Source: Nitrospinales bacterium
Lineage (GTDB): Bacteria > Nitrospinota > Nitrospinia > Nitrospinales > VA-1
Length of the DNA: 64,000 bases
Reading direction: 5' to 3'
Assembly (NCBI GenBank): GCA_965223795.1
Contig: CBDCXL010000002.1
Span: forward strand, 2,496,001 to 2,560,000
Below the pieces are notes generated by a model. It had not been told where the DNA came from. It saw only the letters and a program-made list of their open reading frames with translations, and did no database searches. Within the stretch, counting starts at the first letter, position 1; every line of letters starts with the position of its first letter. The position numbers and the translations under genes are program-made. Of the stretch, positions 9,648-18,432 are shown in pieces.

Positions 9648-11201
9648 CTAAGGTTTGTACCCCTTGGCCCCGGTGAAATCGGCGTCGGTGGTGTCGGAGC
9701 CGGTGAGGTCCGCGCCGGTCAGGTCGGCCTGGTCCAGTTTGGCTTCCCCCAGCTTGACGCTCGACAGCCGCGATCCGGATAGATCGGCGCGGCTGAACCG
9801 GGAAAACTCCAGGTCGCCGCGGCTGAAATCGGTTCCGCTCAAAGCCGCCCGGCTGAAATCCGCTCTCGAAGCGCGGCAGCCCATCAATTGCGCGTTTGAG
9901 AGATCGGCCCGCTTGAGGCTGGCTCTTTCGAGCGAGGCCCCCACCAGTTTGCAGTCTGTAAGACGGGTTTTTTCCAGCACGGCTTCGGAAAGGTTCGCCC
10001 GGCTCAAATCCGAACCGGAAAGATCGGCTTCGGAAAAGTCCGCCCCGGTGAGGTCGGCTCCGGAAAGGTCGGCGTTTTTCAATTGCACGCCTTTGAGCTT
10101 GGCTTTTTTAAGATTGGCTTTCGGCAGCCTGGCGTTGTTGAGGTTGGCGTCCTGCAGCTTGATCCGGCCCAGGTCCGCGCCGCGCAGGATGACGTCGGTC
10201 AGGTTCGCCGCGGTCATGTCGGCGATGTGCAGATTGGCTTCGCTCAGATTGGAGTTTTTGAACTGGGTGCGGCGCAGGATGGAACCGTTGAGATTGGCCC
10301 GGCTGAGATCCGCCTGCTGCAGGTTGGCCTCGGAAAGGTCGGCGCTGGTGAGGTCCGCCCGCGGCAGCAGAGCCTCGGTGAAATCGACGCCGACCAGCCG
10401 GGCGCCTTTTAACTTGGCCCGGGTCATGACCGCCTTGTGAAATTTGGCCTCGAAAAAGACCGCCATGCTCAGCTTGGAATCGGTGAAGTCCACTTCGGAA
10501 AGATCGGCGCCGGAAAACTTGGCGCGGCTGAGGTCGGCTTCCATGATCTTGGCGCGCGACATTCTGGCTTTGGTGAACTCCGCACGGGTGAAATCCACTT
10601 CGTTCAGGTTGCAGCCGGTGAGATCGGCCTTGATGAATTTCGACTGCCTGAGGTTGGCGCGTTCCAGGTTCGCCTCTTTCAGGTTGGCGCCGTTGAACAC
10701 CGCTTCGACGAGAATCGCGTCCTCCAGTTTCGCCGAGGCCAGGTCGGCGTCGGTCATCACGCATCCTTCGAGGTTGGCGTCGGAGAGATTCGCTTTTTTC
10801 AGGTTGGCTTTTTCCAGGATGGTTCCGGTGAGATCGGCGTGGGAAAGATCGGTCTCTTCCAGGTTGGTTTCCGTGAGGTTCGCCTTGTGGAAATTGAGAT
10901 CGGAAAGGTCCAGACCGGAAAGATTCACGCCCCGCAAAGGATGGAATTCTTCCTCCTCTTCTTCTTCCGGTTCTTCTTCGGTCTCTTCAGTCTCTTCGTC
11001 CGCTTGCTCTGTGGATTCTTCTGTCTCCGCGTCTTCAGGCTCTTCTTCGGATTCGCCGGTTTCCTCTTCCTCCTCGACAACGATTTCCTCGACGATCTCT
11101 TCTTCTTCGAAAACCTCCTCTTCTTCCTCCTCCTTGGCCTTCAACGTCTCCGCAATCTGAGCGAGCAAGGATTTGACCTCCTCGCGAGTGAAATCCGCCA
11201 T
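9648..11201 (-). CDS. Long pentapeptide-repeat protein with Glu-rich N-terminal tract
   Basis: About 430 aa of A(D/N)LxX pentapeptides after an E-rich low-complexity region. Confidence 0.95.
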   Translation of the reverse strand: MADFTREEVKSLLAQIAETLKAKEEEEEEVFEEEEIVEEIVVEEEEETGESEEEPEDAETEESTEQADEETEETEEEPEEEEEEEFHPLRGVNLSGLDLSDLNFHKANLTETNLEETDLSHADLTGTILEKANLKKANLSDANLEGCVMTDADLASAKLEDAILVEAVFNGANLKEANLERANLRQSKFIKADLTGCNLNEVDFTRAEFTKARMSRAKIMEADLSRAKFSGADLSEVDFTDSKLSMAVFFEAKFHKAVMTRAKLKGARLVGVDFTEALLPRADLTSADLSEANLQQADLSRANLNGSILRRTQFKNSNLSEANLHIADMTAANLTDVILRGADLGRIKLQDANLNNARLPKANLKKAKLKGVQLKNADLSGADLTGADFSEADLSGSDLSRANLSEAVLEKTRLTDCKLVGASLERASLKRADLSNAQLMGCRASRADFSRAALSGTDFSRGDLEFSRFSRADLSGSRLSSVKLGEAKLDQADLTGADLTGSDTTDADFTGAKGYKP

Positions 11202-11390
11202 TATCTTCTGAATCCTGTTTCGGGTTTTGCAGCAAACTCAGGTTTCCCTTGGGTTCGCTGCACGTGGAAACCGCGGGGAAAGTTCAAACCTTATGAATGA
11301 ACGCGCAGATCAACTTATAACACAGAACACCCCTGATCTCACAGGGCTACCGGAGGGAGAGCGTCCCGGCGGTCGCCGTCCCGGATCTCC

Positions 11391-12164
11391 TTAGCGGCAG
11401 GAGTACATATTGCAAAAGAGAGTGACCACTTTTCTCAGCCGCGAGTCGAGGTTTTCGTAAACCTTGTCCTCGATGGATTCGGGGATGTCTCCGTAAAACG
11501 CATGCGCGATGCCGCCGGTGATGCAGGCGATGGTGTCGCTGTCTCCGCCGATGGAGATGGCTTTGCGGATGGCGTCTTCAAAATTTTCCGATTCCAGAAA
11601 GGCGATGATAGCGGGCGGCACGGTGGCCTGGCAGGAAACGTCGTGCTGGTGGCGTTCGCGGACCGATTCCAGCGGCTCATCCAGTTTGTAAGCGAAGGTT
11701 TTGGAAATGTAATCCGCGATCTCGGTTTTGTCTTTTCCGGTCCGTGCCAGGAAAACCGCCGCGGCAATGGCCTGCGCGCCGCGGACGCCTTCTTCGTGAT
11801 TGTGCGTGACTTCCGCACTCTTGCGCGCCATTTCCAAAACCTCTTCGAGGCTGTCGTAGGCGAACCCGATCGGGCTGACGCGCATGGCGGCGCCGTTGCC
11901 CCAGCTGTTGTAAGCCTCCCGTTCGCTGCTGGAAGCCCAGCGGATGAAACCGGTGCCGTAGCCCGCGTTGGGATACAGGTTGTAGTACTCCTTCAATTTA
12001 TCGGTGTATTCACTTCCGAACAGAATGCTGTCGGCCAGCGCCACTGTCAGCACGGTGTCGTCGGTGAACTTGGACTCCTGGCTGAACAGAGGAAAGGAAG
12101 TGGAATTCACATTGTTGTTTTCATAAACGGACCCGATGATGTCCCCAGCAATCGCCCCAATCAT
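11391..12164 (-). CDS. ADP-ribosylglycohydrolase (DraG/ARH family)
   Basis: GAIAGDIIGS, FTDDT, SWGNGAAMRVSP, AEVTHNH, GGDSDTIACITG. Confidence 0.93.
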   Translation of the reverse strand: MIGAIAGDIIGSVYENNNVNSTSFPLFSQESKFTDDTVLTVALADSILFGSEYTDKLKEYYNLYPNAGYGTGFIRWASSSEREAYNSWGNGAAMRVSPIGFAYDSLEEVLEMARKSAEVTHNHEEGVRGAQAIAAAVFLARTGKDKTEIADYISKTFAYKLDEPLESVRERHQHDVSCQATVPPAIIAFLESENFEDAIRKAISIGGDSDTIACITGGIAHAFYGDIPESIEDKVYENLDSRLRKVVTLFCNMYSCR

Positions 12165-12526
12165 GACTTGATTCCCTGAAAAATGGTTGAAAAGTGGATG
12201 ACCCTATTATACTGAGTCGCACCGGGCTTCGCAGGCAGAAAAAACTCCGCATCGGCATGTCAAAATTTTAGGATACAGGGCTTAAAAATATATAAATTTA
12301 AGGTAATTTAAATTTCTTTATTTAGAATTTGCTTTAAGTTGTGGGTGTGGGGATGGGACCCGCGATTTTCACCGGGAATTCCGGAATGATCGGTTTTTTT
12401 CACGGTGCGGACGGCCGTGACCCGCGGATTGTTTCCGGTGCGATTTTTTAAAAACGGAGAGCGCTGCGATGAAGGGGAAATAAAAAAGAGGAAAACTGCG
12501 GGCTCCGCCCGCGGCTTACAGACAAC

Positions 12527-12817
12527 TCATTCGCTTTTTTTGATGAAGCCCACAAAGGCGATGAGGGCCAGGAGCACGCCCAGCGCGCCGTATGCGAACA
12601 CGCCGCCGGAGGTGGGCGAAAGTTGCTTCATGAAGTAAACCCGGTTGAGCACAAACGTCCAGTAGTAGAAAAAGCCAAACGAAACCAGAAGCCCCATTTT
12701 GTGTTTTCCAAGCAGCAGAAACACGGAACAAAGCAGGGCGAACAATCCCACCTGCGACAGGGGAATGGTGAACGTCATATCCGATAAAAATCCGAAACTA
12801 TTGGTGATGGATTTCAT
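12527..12817 (-). CDS. Small membrane protein (3 TM)
   Basis: Hydrophobic 96-aa ORF; AAGGAGAG RBS. Confidence 0.75.
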   Translation of the reverse strand: MKSITNSFGFLSDMTFTIPLSQVGLFALLCSVFLLLGKHKMGLLVSFGFFYYWTFVLNRVYFMKQLSPTSGGVFAYGALGVLLALIAFVGFIKKSE

Positions 12818-13043
12818 GTTCTCTCCTTGATGGATTGGAATGGCGCCTGCGGAACGCGGCGCAACTCAAGCCACCCGCTTGTTACCTAGTAATACCTTAT
12901 TTTACAATAAATTAAATCGAATTTGGTGAAAAATCGGAGGCGCGAACCGGGATCGGTTCGGCTGCCGGGGTTTGCGGGAAAGGGGTAAAACCAGCGGTTT
13001 TTCAATTGTTTTTGAGCGGGTTGCGGAGCCCTTTCCCACATTT

Positions 13044-13179
13044 TGACCGCCTGTGGGTCAGTAAATCGTAAAAATGCCTGTTTTTGGGGCAGAAATTTAT
13101 GCGTGGACGAAGAACCTCCGAGGCCGGGCTTGAATTTAAAGCATTTTGAGGGTTCCCCGTGGCTGGTATGGAACTTGTA
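13044..13179 (+). promoter_or_regulatory. Putative NtrC-type enhancer pair plus variant sigma-54 promoter for nirA-nirC
   Basis: 17-bp palindromes TGACC-N7-GGTCA (13044-13060) and TGCC-N9-GGCA (13075-13091); CTGGTATGGAACTTGTA (13163-13179; GG-N10-GT, non-canonical -12). Confidence 0.55.
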
Positions 13180-13235
13180 ATCAAAATGGGTTTTCGAGCG
13201 GCATTCTCCATTTCACAACACGAGGACCCTTCCTG

Positions 13236-14813
13236 TTGAACAAGATCGAAACCATCAAAGCGGAAAAAGACGCGCTGGCAATCAAACAGGAGCTGCACCG
13301 GTTCGCCAAGGAAGGCTGGGAGTCCATCGGCGAAGCGGACCTGCAACGGCTCAAATGGTATGGCCTGTTTCTGCGCACGCCCACGCCCGGTCATTTCATG
13401 CTGCGCGTGCGGATCCCCAACGGACACACGTTTTCCTACCAGGCGCGCGCGCTGGGGGAGGTGGCGCAGGGCTTCGGCAACGGCGTCATCGACATCACCA
13501 CGCGGCAGCAGGTGCAATTGCGGCATCTGAAAATCGACAACATCCCCGAAGTGTTCGACATTCTGCAATCGGCCGGACTCAATTCCATCCAGACCGGCAT
13601 GGACAACGTGCGCAACATCATGGGCTGCCCGGTGGCGGGGCTGCACCCGAAGGAATGGATCGACGCGTCGCCGCTGGTGTTCGCGCTGACCCAGCACATT
13701 CTGGAAAACCGCGAGTTCACCAATCTGCCGCGAAAGTGCAACGTCATGATCACCGGCTGCATCGACAACTGCCTGCACGCCGAAACCCAGGACCTGGCGC
13801 TGGTGCCCGCCAGCCGGGAAGCGCAGGGCGAAGTGCGGCGCGGCTTCAACCTGATCGCGGGTGGCAAGCTCGGTTCGGGCGGTTACCGCATCGCCACGCC
13901 GCTGGATGTGTTTGTGCCGCCGGAGGACGCGGTGGAGGTCCTGTCTGCGGCGATCCTGATCTACCGCGACCACGGCAACCGCGAGGTGCGCACGCAGAAC
14001 CGGCTGGCGTTTCTGCTGGACGAATGGGGCGAGGCGGCTTTTCGCGCGGAACTGGAAAAACGGATCGACCGGCCGCTCGAACGCGCGGGTGAGGACGTGC
14101 GCCTGAATGAGACTTCCGAGCACATCGGCATCTACCGGCAGAAGCAGCCGCGGATGAACTACGTCGGGCTCAAGGTTCCGGTGGGGCGCATCGAAGGAAA
14201 CAAACTCATGCGCATCGCCGATCTCGCCGAACGCTACGGCAACGGCGAGATCCGCCTGTCTCCCGCGCAGAGCCTGATCCTGCCCAACGTGCCGGACCGC
14301 AACCTGGGCGATCTCCTGGAAGAAGACATGCTGAAAGAATTCGTGTACCACCCGGCGAGCGTGGTGCGCGGGCTGGTGAGCTGCGTTGGCAGCGACTACT
14401 GCCACCTGGCCGCGATCGAGACGAAAGAGCGCGCCCGCGAGGTGGCGGCGAAGCTGGAACAGCGGCTGCCGGACACGGCGCCGATCAGCATGCACTGGTC
14501 CGGCTGCCCGGCGGGCTGCGGCAATCACCTCGTCGCCGACATCGGGCTTCTGGGAAAGCGCATCAAGCACAAGGGCGAGACCGTGGACGCGGTGGACGTG
14601 TACATGGGCGGCAAGGCCGGGAAGAACCCGCGGCTGGCGCTCAAGGTGCTGGAGAACATCCCCTGCGACGAACTGCCCCAGGTGCTGGAGCAGATCGTGC
14701 CGTACCACGCGCGCAACAAGATGCACAAGGTGAAGGGAAAGAAAAAAAAGAAACCGCCCGCCGCGGCTCCGGTTTTAAACGTCAAGCCCAGCTCGGCGGC
14801 CATCCCTGGTTAG
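13236..14813 (+). CDS. nirA: Ferredoxin-dependent assimilatory nitrite reductase (siroheme/4Fe-4S)
   Basis: FMLRVRIPNG, ITTRQQVQL, GMDNVRNIMGCP, LPRKCN, CVGSDYC and HWSGCPAGCG ligand motifs; probable TTG start at 13236 after GAGGA; adjacent FNT transporter. Confidence 0.9.
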   Translation: MNKIETIKAEKDALAIKQELHRFAKEGWESIGEADLQRLKWYGLFLRTPTPGHFMLRVRIPNGHTFSYQARALGEVAQGFGNGVIDITTRQQVQLRHLKIDNIPEVFDILQSAGLNSIQTGMDNVRNIMGCPVAGLHPKEWIDASPLVFALTQHILENREFTNLPRKCNVMITGCIDNCLHAETQDLALVPASREAQGEVRRGFNLIAGGKLGSGGYRIATPLDVFVPPEDAVEVLSAAILIYRDHGNREVRTQNRLAFLLDEWGEAAFRAELEKRIDRPLERAGEDVRLNETSEHIGIYRQKQPRMNYVGLKVPVGRIEGNKLMRIADLAERYGNGEIRLSPAQSLILPNVPDRNLGDLLEEDMLKEFVYHPASVVRGLVSCVGSDYCHLAAIETKERAREVAAKLEQRLPDTAPISMHWSGCPAGCGNHLVADIGLLGKRIKHKGETVDAVDVYMGGKAGKNPRLALKVLENIPCDELPQVLEQIVPYHARNKMHKVKGKKKKKPPAAAPVLNVKPSSAAIPG

Positions 14814-14879
14814 CAGATTAAAGGCGGCTTGAAAGAAACGGAAACGGCGGCCGGATCATTCCAAAAAGGAGGTGATGCT

Positions 14880-15710
14880 GTGTTCGATAACGAGATCGAG
14901 AAAATCGCGGATGCGTCGGAAAAGAAGATCCGCTTCATGCAGCAGACGCCGTTCGGGTATCTATTGCTGTCGGCGCTGGCGGGCGTCTATCTTGGATTTG
15001 GCATCGTGCTGATCTTTTCGGTGGGCGGTCCCATCGCCCAGGGCGGGAGCGCCCACTTTTTGAAGCTCGTCATGGGGGCCTGCTTCGGAGTGGCGCTCAG
15101 CCTTGTCATCTTCGCCGGTTCGGAACTGTTCACCGGCAACAACATGGTGTTCGCCGTCGGGCGCGTGGCGAAAAAGATCGGCATCGCGCCCATCTGCGTT
15201 CTGTTCGTGCTGTGCTTTATGGGCAACCTGTTGGGATCGGTGTTTTTAAGCTGGCTGGTGGTGCAGGGCGGCAGCCTGGGCGGCGAAGCGAAAGAGCTGA
15301 TCCTCAATGTCGCCGCCATGAAGATGAACCTCTCTGCCAAGGAAGCGTTTCTGCGCGGCATCCTGTGCAACTGGCTCGTGTGCCTCGCCGTGTGGATGGC
15401 GCACCGCACCGAGAACGACGCGGCGAAGCTGATCCTCATTTTCTGGTGCCTGTTCGCGTTCATCGCCAGCGGCTTCGAGCACAGCATCGCCAACCAGAGT
15501 CTCTTGAGCCTGGCGCTGCTTTTGCCGCACGGGGCGGACGTCTCAATCGCGGGGTTCGTGCACAACCAGGTGTTCGTGACCGCGGGCAACATCGTGGGCG
15601 GCGGCCTCATGGTGGGACTCGTCTACGGGTTCGCCAGCGCCGATGCAGCGCGCCGACCGGAAGAAGCCAAACTGGCCGAACTCAAACTCGTGAATGACCG
15701 GGAGGGGTGA
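14880..15710 (+). CDS. nirC: Formate/nitrite transporter (NirC-like)
   Basis: FAGSELFTGNN, RGILCNWLVCLAVW, FIASGFEHSIAN, GNIVGG; GTG start at 14880 after AGGAGGTG. Confidence 0.9.
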   Translation: MFDNEIEKIADASEKKIRFMQQTPFGYLLLSALAGVYLGFGIVLIFSVGGPIAQGGSAHFLKLVMGACFGVALSLVIFAGSELFTGNNMVFAVGRVAKKIGIAPICVLFVLCFMGNLLGSVFLSWLVVQGGSLGGEAKELILNVAAMKMNLSAKEAFLRGILCNWLVCLAVWMAHRTENDAAKLILIFWCLFAFIASGFEHSIANQSLLSLALLLPHGADVSIAGFVHNQVFVTAGNIVGGGLMVGLVYGFASADAARRPEEAKLAELKLVNDREG

Positions 15711-15814
15711 TTACTCTGGGATAAGTTTTTTCCCTGTAAATTTCAAATAAAGAATTTACGATCTATAAATATAAAAATGAAAACTTATGTCAGTTGAAGA
15801 ATAATACTATTATA

Positions 15815-16471
15815 CTAATTTTTTAGGTTTCGAAGAGTTTCGCGAAAATAGCAAAAACTTGGAGAATTATTATTATCGACGTCCATGTTTTTGCAAATTT
15901 TTTCCGCCCACTCTGACTTTATTTTTCCAATAGTTTGCCAACCTAGGGTTTTTAATTTAGCAGAACCACCGGGATAAATTGCATCAGCTAATTTTTCCCA
16001 TGTCCCGCAAATACTGTCGTTTACATATGAAGTAAGAATGAAATCTCTAGCTGTAGGATAAGCAGATTTTATAGCAGAGATATCTCCCAATAGCCATGCC
16101 TCGTTCTCTTCTATGGCAATGCAAAATCGTGTTTCTGGCTTTGGCCAACACTTATTAAGAATCTCTAAAAGCTCAGTTCGAAATTTACTTAAGCATTTTG
16201 AATCAAGATCTAATACTACTATGACCGCAACATTGTAAGATTGGGGATATTGGGAGACTGTTTTCCCATATCCTTGTATTATTTTTGGAAGCCGATCAAG
16301 AAGAATTCGCTTTGCAGGATCCAATTTGCCTATTAATCCTTTTGGAATTCGACCAATTCCTTTGTAAGAATAAACATTAAAAGTATTCCCTTCCCCAATG
16401 ATCTTGGGAATTAGAATGTCCAAGGTTTTTTTTCCTGATTGATCTTCTATGAGAATTACGAAATGCATCAA
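15815..16471 (-). CDS. DUF4276-like / TOPRIM-like protein
   Basis: ILIEDQSG (conserved E), VVLDLDS (DxD), IEENEAWLLGD, NNSPSF. Confidence 0.75.
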   Translation of the reverse strand: MMHFVILIEDQSGKKTLDILIPKIIGEGNTFNVYSYKGIGRIPKGLIGKLDPAKRILLDRLPKIIQGYGKTVSQYPQSYNVAVIVVLDLDSKCLSKFRTELLEILNKCWPKPETRFCIAIEENEAWLLGDISAIKSAYPTARDFILTSYVNDSICGTWEKLADAIYPGGSAKLKTLGWQTIGKIKSEWAEKICKNMDVDNNNSPSFCYFRETLRNLKN

Positions 16472-16473
16472 TT

Positions 16474-17760
16474 CTATTTTGAGTCAAGATAATCGCTGTA
16501 CCATAATCCGCCTAGTGGTAAACCTTCTTCGACCATATTTTTTATAATGGAGTCATTACTTGCTCTTTTTATTTTTGAGAACCCATCTTCATGTTTCTCA
16601 AGAATCCATACTTCTTCCGGTTCAAACGCATCTACAAAATAGGGTTGATGAGTTGTAATAAATATTTGAGATCCCCCTTTTTTTCCTGTTGCATGTTCTC
16701 GAAACTCATGTGCCAGTGTTTCAAGTAGTTTGTGATACAAACCATTTTCTGGTTCTTCAATGCAGATAAATGGGGGAGGCGTTGGATCTTCTAAAAGGAG
16801 AAGATATGCAAAAACTTTTAAAGTTCCATCAGACATCTGCTGTGCATAAAAAGGGTCATTGAAACCTTTATCATTAAACTTTAAAAGTACTCTGCCATCT
16901 TGACTTTTATCCGTACTAATTTGCCCTATGCCTGGTATTTTTTTTGCGATTCGTTCTAATACTTTTGAAAAACGTGATTTATGTTCACGTTCCATGAATT
17001 GAACAACATTGCCTAGGTTATCTCCATGAATATTAAGATGCTTTTGAGGCCCTGCCAAAGGAAGACTTCGAGCTGCATCAGGAGTAAAATAACTGAGATA
17101 CCAGCCTTCAATAAAACTACGAAATGCTGATATTCTTGGATGTTGTTTCAAAGATCCTAAAGTTGCAATTCCGAGCTTTCGTTTGTCTTCTAGCTCAATT
17201 TTTTCTGTTTGAGTACTTTCTTGTTGGACACTTCCGAACAATTTAGCAAATTGAGGATCATCCAAATCGCCCTCATCTTCTTCAATTTGTAATCCTTCAA
17301 CATCACCTTTCCAAGCCAAGCCTTTTCCATCATTTAAAATAAGAAACGAGAACGGTCTGCCTGTTGATTGTCCTTTTCTTCTTTGACGAAGACGTTCTCT
17401 TTTTACGTATGGTCTATTTAATTTATCTAATGCAATAGACAATTCATAAGTTATGGGGCGAGTATTTGACTCTTGGCGATAATAAACTTCAAACATTATT
17501 GGTGCATTTATTCCCTGAGATCGAATTTTTTCGAAACCACCTCTTCCATTTGCATCACATGCTTCTTCGACACCAATCTTTAGGCAATCAGAGAGAAAAC
17601 CAAACGCGTCAAATAATGTGCTCTTCCCAACACTATTTTTACCAATTACAGCGGTAAGCGGTTTTAAAGGGTCAGCATCTTGTGTATTCCACATTTTGCC
17701 AAGTGTGACGTCTTTAAGCACACGGTAGTTTTTTACTCTGAATCCCTCGATTATTGCCAT
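16474..17760 (-). CDS. ABC-type ATPase (AAA_21/AAA_15 family)
   Basis: Walker A GKNSVGKST, signature QMSDGTLK, Walker B FICIEEPENG, H-loop ITTHQP, C-terminal LGGLWYSDYL. Confidence 0.92.
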   Translation of the reverse strand: MAIIEGFRVKNYRVLKDVTLGKMWNTQDADPLKPLTAVIGKNSVGKSTLFDAFGFLSDCLKIGVEEACDANGRGGFEKIRSQGINAPIMFEVYYRQESNTRPITYELSIALDKLNRPYVKRERLRQRRKGQSTGRPFSFLILNDGKGLAWKGDVEGLQIEEDEGDLDDPQFAKLFGSVQQESTQTEKIELEDKRKLGIATLGSLKQHPRISAFRSFIEGWYLSYFTPDAARSLPLAGPQKHLNIHGDNLGNVVQFMEREHKSRFSKVLERIAKKIPGIGQISTDKSQDGRVLLKFNDKGFNDPFYAQQMSDGTLKVFAYLLLLEDPTPPPFICIEEPENGLYHKLLETLAHEFREHATGKKGGSQIFITTHQPYFVDAFEPEEVWILEKHEDGFSKIKRASNDSIIKNMVEEGLPLGGLWYSDYLDSK

Positions 17761-18006
17761 TTAGACCACTCCACTTTGGCACGGGCTATTGATTCGATAG
17801 AATCGTATTTAAAATGTTCACTTTAATATAAAATATTATTTTAGTTGAATTGGATGGTAATCATCTTTTTATAAAGTCTTTAAGTATTAAAAATCTTGGG
17901 CCCTTTTATACACTACTATCCATTTTCTTGAAAATAGAATTCGATACCAATATTAATTCTTGAATTAAATTATTTTTTTCCTTAACTGAATTGTGGAGTT
18001 TAGGGC

Positions 18007-18342
18007 ATGCCGCTGGAAGATGAACTGGGTGACAATGACCTGCGCCTCGTTCGTGATGGCGAGCGCATCCCGCTCGGCAGGCTTGATGTGGAGGTGATGA
18101 CGACGCCGGGACACACGCCGGGCGGCGTGTCGTTCAAGGTCGGCGAGTCGGTGCTCTCGGGCGATGCGATTTTTGCGGGCTCGATGGGCTGCGCCAACGC
18201 GTCCTGGCCGGGGCTGTACGCGTCGATCACCGGGCGGCTGCTGACGCTGCCGGAACACTTCCGCCTGCATCCGGGGCACGGCCCGGCGACCACGGTGGGC
18301 GAGGAGAAACGCCACAACCCGTTTTTCTTCGGCACGGGCTGA
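18007..18342 (+). pseudogene. MBL-fold hydrolase fragment lacking the HxHxDH motif
   Basis: Only C-terminal motifs TPGHTPGG, LSGDAIFAGSMG, HPGHGPATTVGEEKRHNPFF are present in 111 aa. Confidence 0.75.
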
Positions 18343-18432
18343 CCGCACCGCTTTCCTTTCCCTGTATTTCCGCGTTTTATCCACGCTCCCGATTCCGCTT
18401 GCAGGAATCTGCCGGTGGGCTATATTGGCGGC

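Larger units (their letters stand above)
15720..18000. other. Low-GC island (probably horizontally acquired)
   Basis: Abrupt switch to AT-rich sequence and codons just after the nirC stop, returning to GC-rich at about 18005; no mobility gene seen. Confidence 0.85.

Noticed and set aside
9655..11160. Ser/Arg-rich repetitive ORFs on the plus strand
   Set aside because: Reverse-complement products of the pentapeptide and Glu-rich repeats.
11391..12164. DraT/DraG nitrogenase switch or toxin-antitoxin role for the ADP-ribosylglycohydrolase
   Set aside because: No ADP-ribosyltransferase or nif gene nearby; standalone members of this family are common.
17776..17793. TTGGCACG sigma-54-like element in the low-GC island
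   Set aside because: No GC at the required N10 spacing, and it points away from the island genes.
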